Under the pieces are notes generated by a model, which saw nothing but the letters and a program-made list of their open reading frames with translations, searched no databases and had not been told where the DNA came from. Shown one piece after another: positions 53,201 through 64,000 of a stretch of 64,000 bases of DNA (within the stretch, counting starts at the first letter, position 1; each line of letters opens with the position of its first letter). The position numbers were made by a program, and so were the translations under genes. Source of the stretch: Oikopleura dioica (taxonomy: Eukaryota > Animalia > Chordata); contig OU015569.1 of the NCBI GenBank assembly GCA_907165135.1, forward strand, positions 6,200,001-6,264,000, given 5' to 3'.

Positions 53201-54264
53201 ACCCAGTGTTGGTGGGATAGCTTGAGCGAGGTGAAGGATTCGGTCTTGGCAACCTGAACTCCGGCTCTCTGTCAGTTTGGTATTCTTCGACTCGTGGGTG
53301 CGAAATGGGAGCTCGATGATGTTGTGTCGAGTCCGATAGCCCCGGATCACCGAATTGCCGTCTGACAGACCTGGGTGGTTGAGACGGAGGCGCATAACGC
53401 ACTTCGCCAGTATGGGGCTCCGTGAGTCCTATACTCGTCACCGGCTAGAGTTACAGTATTTAAAGGACGGTAGAGAGACGAAGCGAGGTAAAGCTAGCTT
53501 TTTTCAATTATCCCACACAAGAGAAAATAATCAAGTTTATTTCACGGCGATAAATAAAGAGAGAAACTAATAGCTTTTTATAATTACCACAATTGGAGAT
53601 CTCGGCGTCATAGGAATATTCGGAATGGGCTCCGTTGGTGAGCGAATCTCTCTCTCAATAGAACCAATTGTTGAGGCAGTCATCGTGGATGCTCTTCCAA
53701 AATCAGCTCCGCTCGGCAACTCGCCCGGCCTCGGGTCTACCGGCTGAGGGGGAGGCATAAGCTAGAGTAATCATTCATTATCGCTCCTGCAATTCGCAAT
53801 AGTTCTCACCCGTCGCTCATCGTTGAGCTCGCTGAGCGGCGTATCACGATGACGATTTCCATGTGAAACATTCCCAAATGCGTCTCGTCTTTGCTCACGT
53901 TCTTGAGAACTCTGAATCAAAATCGGTCAATTATCGTCATCAGAGGCAAGAGAAACAATAGAAAGAAATATAGATTTAGAAATTACCGATTCAAGATTAG
54001 ATTGGCGTGCTATCGGCACAACTACGACCATAGAATTTGTGTTCTCGCTGTGGTGCTGGTAGGTGACCGGAACGAAGGCCGAAGGCTGATGGGGAGGACC
54101 AGGAGTGTCTGCCCCAGGCTCTTGGGAAAAGGGAACTGTTACAAGCTTGAAATATAGTGAATGAGATTACCTGTAAAACTCGATTCAGAATCTATGTGTC
54201 TATAGACAAATCGATTCGGAACTCCAATTTCTTCTTCATAGTGATCGGTTGTCTGCCGTGCCAT
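50230..54264 (-). CDS. Large low-complexity protein with two C-terminal SAM domains
   Basis: Probable ATG at 54264 (MARQTTDHYEEE). Many P/Q/S/T/H-rich exons, an RD/RS-rich exon (~51750-51950), a short coiled coil, then SAM-like IIENFRREKINGRHLNYL...LGPRKTLWRAL and DVGLWLRTIQLGEFTRNFADEQVEG...LIHLGLEKLGDRLTF. Confidence 0.75.
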
Positions 54265-56663
54265 CCATAAATTTTACCTATCCGTCTGATTAGACTAGAC
54301 GCGACAAGCCTAAACGAACCTGATTTTTTGTATCTTCATAACGATAGGTATTGTCAATACTGCAGCCGAAAACGATTCAAGGCTCTATATTTAAATAGAT
54401 TCTAAATAAATCACATTAAAATAAGAAGCAAGCAGTAATTCTTATAATTGAAAAACGGCCCGTGAAAATATCCCTGAGAGAGTAATAATAACCTGCGAAA
54501 TTGGAATCAATTGAAAAAGCTTATTTTCAACACTTTTCTTGCATATTTACGACAACTAATGTTTCTTTATTCATCGAGAAATGTGCCGCGTAAAAAAGAT
54601 CAATTTCAAATGCAAAAGATGTTCTCTCGCTTGGCACTCGTGGGTAGTAGTAAGCCATAGGTGAAGAATTCTCTTTCCGAATTTTATTTGCCCCGCGGTG
54701 CTATAACGAGCAGCCTCTAATTATGCTCTCTGGCCATCATCGGGCAGTTTATCCAACTATCTGACGCAGAATACGCATTTTTAGTGCATGCAAGGCGGCC
54801 GAAAATAATATTTCAAAGCCCCTCATTAATTACCAATTCATAAACTAATTAAACGTCATTAGTTAATTAACTAAATCGGTCCAAAAACAGCGCTAGAATG
54901 CAGGTAACGCAATTAAACCTGCATCTACTGACTAAAAACTGAAAGATTTTGGAAATGAAAGCGATCTTTAGATGGAGAAGCCGAGCGGCGAAAAAGCGAC
55001 AAGGCGTAGTGGTACCTTTCGTTCGGACAATCATTAGGGATCGGGCTAAGCGGCTGTTTCTTCGGAACGGGAGAGCTCTCAAGTTCTTAGAAGGTTGAAT
55101 TCTCTCGAGAATGTGAAATTTGGGTGGCAAGTGATTGAGTTTTATAACACAAGATGTGCAGAGCGAGTTTCGCACACGACGGGGAGGTAGCACCAGGTGT
55201 GAGTTGAGCGTTCATGGCATCTGGCCTTGGGCAGTGATTGCCGCCTACACCACCAATGCAGAATAGGCACCACCACAACAGGATATTACATTAGCATTCG
55301 GATAATCCACCCATTACCCTAACACTTTTCTTTGGCAAAAAAGCCAATCCCCATCAAGCCGCTTTCAAAGAGAACTACTCTCCCATTGCTATCATTTATC
55401 GTTCCATAAGACCAGGCGCAATTCAATGAAACTCGTGATAAGCAACTCATCAACCTGATACACACCAAATACTGTACTTAATTCTTATAAAGTAAAGCGT
55501 TTGAAAACGCTCGTGACTATTGATTCCAATTAAGTGCAATTATTAGGCTCTTCTAGCCGATAATTTAAAGGTTGAAAGAAGTCCAGAACAACGAGCAAAT
55601 ATTGAATGAAGCTTCGGCAACATTTATTTCAAGATTTGATTAAATTTGTAAAATTTGAGAAGAATCCAAAACAAGAGTTAGTTTTTGTTTATCTGAAATA
55701 AGAATTCACCAGCTCAAATAGAAATGCATATAAATATAAAGCAGAGTTGTAGAATTAAAATGATGAAAATTGGAACATAAGTTGGTCTGGGGTAGGGCGT
55801 TATATAAAACAAAACGGAAAAGATCCAGAATAAGAGTGAATCAATAATATGTACAGGTCGTTATGATGGAGAGATCTTAAACGTCAGCAAACTGAATATT
55901 TCTTTGATGGAAGCATAAAATTAAGAAAAAAGATGAAAAACTTAATACAAAAAATAGAGGCGTGACCGTTAGATCATGTTGGCAGAGTGTATTTTGACGA
56001 TTTCAATTTATCAGATGGTCAATAGAGAAAAGGATAAATGAGTACAGGAAAACTTAAAAGAAAATTTCTGAAAACTTAAAAATCATGAAGAGAAGACTTC
56101 AAAAAATGAAGTTGGAAACTAAAAAGAATTGGTAGAATGCGATCCGTGCCTCTGATGCGTTTTAATTTTCGCAGATGTCGAAGCAGAACCTTCACGATGC
56201 AAGGGGAATTAACAGATTGAAATCGAACGTAGAAATCAAGGAGGATAATGCGTTCTTTGTGCAACGAAAACATTTTTAAGATCACTGCAAATTTAACAAT
56301 CGACTGAGCTTCGTTTCTTTTTTTTCAGGTGAACGCATATTGATTTATTTTAGAATATAGAAATAAGTGAAATACTCAGCATAAATCGTCGTTGTTTTCT
56401 ATACTCCAGTATCAAATTAAAAATCAATCAATTGCAGAGGGCTACTTTTTTTATGATTTCGATGGGTTGTGAATAACAAATGACAGTTCTGCCTTGACAG
56501 ACCCAGCAGGTACGTGAAGAAAACCGAATCTTTACGGAGCACTTAGTGGTAAGAAATTCATGAAAATTGCCGAAGCTGGCAGAATTAGTCGACACTGAAC
56601 TTCACTTTTTTATCAAACAAAAAATTCATCAGTAAGGCGCGAAAGGACACGGTTAATTTTCTG

Positions 56664-58586
56664 TTACTGCTGCTGGCTACCGGCGGGCTTATGACAGTAC
56701 ATCTCTTTAAGATTCTTCAATTCGTCTATTAGGCCTTTATTTTGTGCTTCGAGGACTTGGACTCTATTTTCGAGACACTTAATATATTCCTTCTTCTTTC
56801 GACGACATTCTCTGGCAGCTTCGCGATTTTTCTGTAACCTTATCTCTCTTCGTTTCGTGGCTTCTATCACCATTCCTTCGGGACCGTTACTAAATGAAAA
56901 GTTAAAGCTCTAAGTCGATTTTGAGCTAATTCATACCCCGGAAGAACTGTTGAGGACAAACCATTATCGTTAGGATCGAAGTTTATGGATGCATCGGCAA
57001 CTGCCGGATGCGGTTCCAGTTTCGTAAAGTTGTTATAATCTGATAATGGAACCATCGGATTAGTTGTTTGATAAGGCGTCATTTGAGACTGGAGTTGATG
57101 CACGGGAACGGCTAAAAATACAGGTTCACAAGTGATAAGGAACACCGGCAGTGCTTTATCGAAGTTCAGTCGCAATAGTAGAATGACGCAAATTTACATC
57201 TTTGGGACAACGTTTCCGAAATCATCATAGTGTCTTTGAGACAGCTATGGAAATGTAGAATTTATTAATAATTTAATTCATAAAATCGGTGCTGTGACAC
57301 TGACCTAAGATCGGTTGGGAAACAACGGGAAGACCAAGAGGAGGCGCCTCCGGCGCCGTCGGAATGGGAACGATGTCTGTCATAACGTCTTCTGTGTCGG
57401 AACTATCGGAGTCTGTAGGATGTTTAGGAGGCCGCGGTTCTTAATTCCACTTCTTTAATTTGCTGAACTGAGGGTCTAATTTTACACGCCATTTCACCAC
57501 AATAAAAAGAGAATATTGCCAGAAAATGAAACAAAGGAGACTTGAAAGCCCCTTCTGAACGTACAAATATCGCTCTTTCCAATATATGTTTACTATAGCG
57601 CGACATTTGAAGGTTCAAATTGAATCCTCTTCTAGCAAATAGATAAACTGAGAGCACCGGAATTTCGAAAATCACCAAAGTGGTCACCATTTTTTTATTG
57701 ACAGACCTTTGGCGAGAACTGTTTTCTGCTTTTGATTGCTAACCCGACCATCGCTTGGAATGACGGTTAACTTACCTTTCTTTATCTTTTCAAGTTGATA
57801 GTTGTGGGGCGTCCTAGGGTGGGGCTCTTTGAATCCATCCGTGTCTGTTTGAATGCCATCGTTCGAGTCTTTGACTTCTTTGTAGATTTTTTGATAGCTA
57901 AAAATACCTTTTCAACCATCGGTCTATATTTAAGCTCCATCGTCATGTCGCTGGACAGTCGGTGTCAACTTTAAAACCCTCGGTATTCGACGTGGCAAAA
58001 AATGATTCACGGAAGACTAATGTCGATTTAAACCTTTTGAACTAGTATGCAGTATTAACTCGATAAATACGAAAAAGGCAATGTGAAAGTGAGAATCTGG
58101 AATTCGTACTTATTTAAAAGTACTAAACTCAAAAGGTCACAGAGACAACAAGAGCCCATGACCTTTGTTGTGACTACTTCTCGAAAGCTTCACAGAGCAA
58201 TGAATTACCGTGCACACCTTCTTTTGTCTCACTCTTTGTAAAATATTCTGATTGAATAGTTTACTCAGAAATATGTTCTATGAATTGGAGGGTAATTAAT
58301 AATGCATTCGAAGCGAGTGAGTTCAGGTAAAAAGAAAAGTGCTCATAAAAACGGGGCGCTTGAATAATAAAAAAAATGCTAGGGAACAAACAATAGCGGA
58401 CGTCATGGATTACCTGGCTCGCCGGCGAAGCTCTTCATGATGCTGGTTTTTGAGGCGATCAATGTCGCGATTGGAGTTGGAGGAGCCGCCCGGAAATCGG
58501 GGTACGTTCGGTCTCGATTCAAAATGGGAATGGTAGTTGGTTCCTGCCGGCGCGCCCAAGTGCTGAGAGCTATCTGAGGTCATCAT
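56664..58586 (-). CDS. CREB: CREB/CREM/ATF1 family bZIP factor
   Basis: bZIP RREIRLQKNREAARECRRKKKEYIKCLENRVQVLEAQNKGLIDELKNLK. The KID is assembled across an intron as ELRRRAS|YQKIYKEV (donor near 58411, acceptor near 57899). It may have an additional upstream exon (ORF 58868-59212). Confidence 0.92.
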
Positions 58587-60492
58587 ACGCGGCTTGAGCC
58601 CGTTGCGTGTCTCGCAAAAAAAAAGGAATAAGACGTGAAAGTGACGCTGCGCTATGACAAATGTATATGTTGGCTGATTATGGCGTGGCTAGCTCACTTA
58701 TTTCTCTTTCTCTCGTTCGCGTGTGTGTATCTATCGAGCGCGCCCGTGTGTCGTCAGTAGTGACTTCACGTTAGCCTGGCTGGGGCGAGCTCGTGGGAGC
58801 TCTTGCAGGCGCTACACTTACGAAAATATGCTAGCTCACAGAGCGCTACAGCTCACAAAAGAAGCAGTCAATTTCCAGTTCCTTCTCTCTCCCTCGCGAA
58901 ACACAAACACACATACATTAACTGTAAAAAGAATCCGCACAAGAATAATTTCGACTTTCGCGGGCGACCGTTTTTCAGTTGCGAGAGAAATTGATCATCA
59001 ATGTCGTATTTAATTAATGGCTCATAAAAAATTAGATCTCTAGGAGTCGTATCACTCAACACTTTCGGCCGGGGAAAATTAGATTTTAAATTCCGAATCG
59101 ATGGCTGACTTCGTAGAGGTGGATGGTATCTGTTTTTAATAGCGGGATTGCTGGCACTGTCGGGGCTTGAATGGTTAGGTCTTTGTAGCTGAATCTCCTC
59201 AGACTGACTCATATTTGGAGACTGATTATTTACAGAGGCCTCTTTGTAGTCCGTGGATTGAGCTTGACTTTCGATTACATGACTTTTCGGAGTTAAATCA
59301 TCAGCCTTAGATGCAGACGAGGTAGGTGGTGACTAATAACAGGCTGCAGAAGATGTTTTACGTTATTATAAACTCGTAGACTTTTACGCCACTAATTCCT
59401 GACTTTTATTAGTGCTTACAATAATCTAAACTTATTTTACTCCATCGAATTTTACTTCTATCGATTTGTTTCTTTTTAAAACATTGACAGACGAAGATAA
59501 AGATTTCATGCAGCCGTAACAGGTAGAAGTTAAGAGTCTGGACATTACCATCTCCTTTAGGTACTGCTACCTAAAACATTTTTTTCTTAATGGGATTTAA
59601 TATTTAATCCTGCTGCAGAAGTGAGCAGGATTGCTATTAAATGAGATATGGCGAGGTTGATTTTAGGAGTAAAATTACACAAATGGGGCAAATCACCCGT
59701 AAAATTGCCCTGATAAAGAAGTCTTTATCAGTCGCACCGATTACACTTACTGATCGCCAGTTATGATTCATACCTGATATATAACCTTGAAATCAGTTTG
59801 AGTTAACATTGATCAGCATGCAAGTGTGTTAAAATAAACAACGATTATGATAGTTAATCACAATTGTAAAACGAAGTGGCCCGCGGAGCAGTTGCTTATT
59901 TACCTGGCCGTTTCTGTCTGGCTCGGGAAGTTGCACGTGAATGGCACCGTCTGACTGCAGGTATGGCCGGCTTGTAGGAAGAATGACTGTATTTTGCCTA
60001 AAATGTCAGACAACTACCGTTTCTGCACTGATCAAGTCATAACTAAATTCGAGTTGCTTACCCATTATTAATATTATTTTCCATTCTTAGAACATGCTAC
60101 AGCTGAATCCCTCCTGCCACCGCAACGCCTGGTATGTTTCCTTGTTGATTTCACTCAATTAAACACCTAAATATGGATGCATGAGTGTAATGAGATTGTA
60201 GGATGTCGATGAAGAGTTCAGCTTGTATTTTGAAGATAAGTAAGACTGCATCAAAATGCTTTGATGCTAGAAATTTCGTTCAATTTATTATCATCTACAG
60301 TAGAAGAGAAATATTGACTTCGTAGGCCCGTTATCGAATGAGACAACCATATTGGAAACTTTGTGTGTTGAGGTTTATCAAAATAAGACGGCGCTAATGA
60401 TGATATCATACGTAGTCACAGAAGCCTGAAAATAGCGAGAGAATATGCAAGTTAACCCTCATAAAATCGATAAATCAATCATAAGTTATGAT

Positions 60493-60755
60493 GGGGGACG
60501 GGCGGCTACGTTACAAATTTGTAACGCCGTTACAATTTTGTAACGCCGTTACAAAAACTCAGATTTTTTTCGCAATAAAAATTACTTTTCATCCCGTAAT
60601 TCTTTTTATTGTGGACATAATAAGCAATAAGGTAAACCAAAAAGTAGTTTCCTTCAATTCAAGCGCGAAGCGCACACTCGTTCAATGATTTTGATTTTTA
60701 ATTTTTGTAACGCCGTTACAATTTTGACTACTTGTAACGTAGCCGCCCTACACCC
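60493..60755. mobile_element. 263-bp MITE with 8-bp TSD and internal palindromic repeats
   Basis: TSD GTTATGAT at 60485-60492 and 60756-60763; TIR core GGGCGGCTACGTTACAA / TTGTAACGTAGCCGCCC; three copies of TGTAACGCCGTTACA inside. Confidence 0.85.
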
Positions 60756-61422
60756 GTTATGATTCATAACGTTAATTATTTAAGATTGGATATAAAATTG
60801 TCCAAAAATCGTCAAAACTGTAAGGCGACGAGAAAAAAAAATAGAGCGGAACCATGGAACAGACAGGAGCAAGAGAAGAAATTCGGGTGCTTCATTCTTT
60901 CCGTGGCGTTATTAGGGGCTGTCCTTCGAATAGAAAAAAAAATGTTTATTTTTACAAGGCGTTATCTTTGTTTCGTAAAACATGCACGAAAAGAATGAAG
61001 AAATGACTGCTGCAAGGAGTGTGCTGCTAACGAAAAAGTGAGCAATAGACGAAGTTAGAAGAGGAGGCAATAGAAAAATAATGAAGGGCAAGTTTATGAG
61101 CGTGGACTTATACAGTAGTAAGCTGTAGTTTGTGCGGTCCTTTACAAAAGTGCATTTGCAGAAAAGAAGAGAGCTTTCTTCTAAGGAAGGTTTCTGCTAC
61201 TGAGCGATGCGCTTGAAAGAACGGTGGATAGTCTGTACAGTATACATGAGGTTAAAGGCTCGTTTCTTTGGATATTTGATGCTTAAAAATTTGTTACTGT
61301 AACAGGCAAATAAAAAGGCCCTACCTGAAGATGGGAGTTTTGCGTTCTTTTCGATTCCGATTCTAGCCAAGACATTTGAGCGCCAATGCCCTACGTATAA
61401 AAGTTTTTTTAATGATTAAAGT

Positions 61423-64000
61423 CTAATTTATAATTACCTTCTGAATAACCTTTCTCTTTGAGCTTCGATTATAAGCCGTCGCTTCTGGGAGCGCAGCAGA
61501 GATCGGCTCGATCAGTTTGGGCACATTGCTGAGATCTATGTTGTTGTTGGAACTGTTGTTCGGATTAGAAGTAGACTGCTCATTAAGCCGAGTTCCGGAA
61601 TGAAAGTCCGTTTCGCTCGGGAGTCCATTTCCACCATTTCCCCGTTTTATATGGTCTTCCAAGTGTGCCATAACCTGAGATAATGGTTGTAAAGTGAACT
61701 TTCTGGTTGTCAACTGACCTTCAAGGCGTAGGATTGATTGGGAGGGAAACCTGGAGGATTAGGAAATGATTGAATCATATCTGGATTTATATTCGGATAT
61801 GTATAGCTGAAGCTGATAAAAGAGTTAATCTTACAAAGCAAATGGAAGTTTCTTTACCTGGACATATAATCGACCCACTGGAATCTATTCTTTTCGTTGT
61901 GCTCTCTTCGTTTTTTATCGACGTAACAAATAAACATGGAAGCAGGAACCTGCAAAATTACAAAATGAGAATCGGCCTGAAATGAGAATTGTTTACCCAA
62001 AGCATAAAGCTGAAAATCATTATCGCTCCAGTTATATTGTTCTTGACAAGATCCTTGAACTTCTCAGGCTGAAAGTACTCCAGGATATTGCTGAGACTTG
62101 GCGTGTCTCCGATATTGACAATGCAACGAGTGACGTTTATATTTTCGTTGGGGTCAACCCTTTGCTGGCAGAGACCAACATGACAAACAGAGTTGTTTTT
62201 CATGATGACAGGGTTCTCCAGCAGCGTCTTCAGATCTGGGTCGATTTTTTCAAGTCTACTTGCCCAGATATGAACAGGTTGACACCTTCAAATCAATAGC
62301 TTAAAGTCGCCATCCTTTAACTCTCTTACGTTTGATTCTTGTCCTCGCAGCAACGATGACACATTTCTATGTAATCGTCTTTCTTGTCGCAGTAGCATAT
62401 CTCCATATCGAGCTGCTGACAGATATCTTGACAGTCACTCCTGCCTGTAGCAGGATTAATTTTACATTGTGATTGAAGGCCATCAGCATCAGTACATTGC
62501 GTTCCGTCGTCTTTAGGCCGCGAAACTGGACAAATAGCACCTAAAAAGTCAGTTTGGATTTCTTGAGATTTCTAGGGCACTTACTATCTCCGCTACAGAC
62601 GGATTTTTCCATGCACTGGTTCGACTCGCGACAAACGTGCCCCTCGTTCTGGAAGCGACAGTTTTGGCAGCATGCCTGTTCGTTGGGGTTCTTCCCATCA
62701 CACTGCGCTGGCAGTCCATTAGTGACATTTTTGTTGAGCCGACAGTCGCTGGTGCAACAAAACGAGGATCCACCAATATTAAATCCCGAGTCACATTCCT
62801 CTCCGTCCTCGACTTTGTAATTGCCACAAGATTGGTTCTTTGTTTCGCTGAAGCCGATGCTGACACATTTTGACAATTGACCGGCCACTTGACTTTTTGA
62901 ACATATGGAAAACTTATTATTGTTGGGTTTGTCTCCTGTCACTGCGTTTCGAAACATCACATAGTAGCCGTCTTGAGATGATTTTGGCAGACATTCTAAG
63001 AAGCATTTGAAATTCGCGAAAAGTAAAAATTCCACTTACCGTCGTCTTCTGTTGCAATACGTAAGCTTTGAGCATTATCATCATGATAAGCTCCCCAGTT
63101 GTGGCCGAGTTCATGAGTTGTGACAAGCTGAGCTTCATCTGTGAGGATTTTCGATCCCCAGTTCAATGTAGAAGTAAGAGCTGTATTTAAATGTGCTCCA
63201 CTTGAGTCTGTATCCTAGAAAAGATTGAAAGGAAAAATATAACTAGCGCAGCGCATACCGTGTTGGCACATATTCCCATCGCTGCGTTATTCCCATTAGC
63301 TTGTCGGCCAATATGCGCTAATCCAAGGATTCCTTCTGGAAAATCTGTGTGCGTAAAAAGATGCGCAAGACACATTTTTTGAATTTCGCCCGTTTCCAGT
63401 TGTTCCTCGACAACTACTTTCTTCGCAAACTCCTTCAGGTATCGACAGACTGGAGCAGTACTAAATTTGAATGAGCGAGTGCATCTGGCAGGGAATTACC
63501 TTTGACTAGACTCGCAATCTTGGGAAGTCTTATCATCCATGATCTCAGTTGCATTGAGAAAGGGTCCATTGTTCGGATCCGACCAGACTTCAATCTGCGC
63601 GATTGTAAACCCGAAACCTTTCGCTTCTATTGTATTGCCATTTGAATCTTTTAGATCTTGCCGTTCGAGCCAGTCCGTATGCCGGAAGATGTTGTCAGCC
63701 GTCGTTATCACAGAGATCATATATCCGATTGTTTTGTCGGCATCGCCCTGGCCGATCTCAGAGTTAAAGCGCTCGTCCGCTACGAGCTTAATTTTGCAGT
63801 CTCGTAGCTTGAAGTTGGGCCCTCCAAGGCCTCGTAGAAGTCTCTGCTCATCCTCGTCGGTCTCACGTCTTTCTCTTTCGTTGCTACTTTTCGGTTCTTT
63901 TCCTTGATGCATTTCAAGTCCAAGAGGCGGTGCGCAGGTGCCACGGGCGCGTTTCTTTGCAAAGCTCTGTCTGTATAGCAGTAGATCATCGTCGTCATCT
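61423..64000 (-). CDS. ADAM17: ADAM17/TACE-like metalloprotease (5' part outside the window; 3' end uncertain)
   Basis: CKIKLVADERF; CLAHLFTHTDFPEGILGLAHIG; zinc motif EAQLVTTHELGHNWGAYHD; Met-turn YYVMF...AVTGDKPNNNKFSICS; disintegrin CGNYKVEDGEECDSG; juxtamembrane/TM KNNITGAIMIFSFMLW, resembling ADAM17 rather than ADAM10. Confidence 0.9.

Noticed and set aside
55313-55326. TACCCTAAC as a telomerase RNA template
   Set aside because: Only an 8-nt match to the (CCCTAA)n register, expected by chance in 64 kb, with no pseudoknot or H/ACA support seen.
56867-57300. ICER-like internal promoter in the CREB gene
   Set aside because: Only a single TGACG half-site (~57183) and no CRE cluster; the exon is explained as a normal internal exon.

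Overview
Not prokaryotic. This is 64 kb of a very compact, intron-rich animal genome. Many introns are about 40-50 nt, several splice donors are GC or GA rather than GT, same-strand genes sit only 40-80 nt apart, and many ATGs directly follow an AG acceptor. Together these point to a larvacean tunicate (Oikopleura-like, with operons and SL trans-splicing); that assignment is inference. About 22 spliced genes can be traced by hand: TARS, a selenoprotein thioredoxin-glutathione reductase (UGA-Sec plus SECIS candidate), PLC-gamma, UBE2H, ACE-like peptidase, a profilin missed by the ORF track, a tetraspanin, LRRC34, LRSAM1, QARS, TANGO1/MIA-like, RAB39, ABCD4, arylsulfatase B-like, a tandem-SAM protein, CREB/CREM, ADAM17 (5' part outside the window) and several unassigned genes. 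Two short non-autonomous DNA transposons (MITEs) with intact TSDs are also present. The most unusual items are: (1) a single-domain ACE with an N-terminal 10-Cys Ly6/uPAR-like domain and a GPI-type C-terminus; (2) a ThrRS fused in frame to an eEF1B-type GST-C-like domain; (3) a TGR locus with an intronic alternative first exon that would give a Grx-less, mitochondria-targeted TrxR, plus a hairpin just after the Sec codon; (4) an antisense ORF nested in a sulfatase intron. Exon boundaries were inferred by eye, so internal coordinates are approximate. No CRISPR, rRNA or tRNA could be supported, and no database searches were run.
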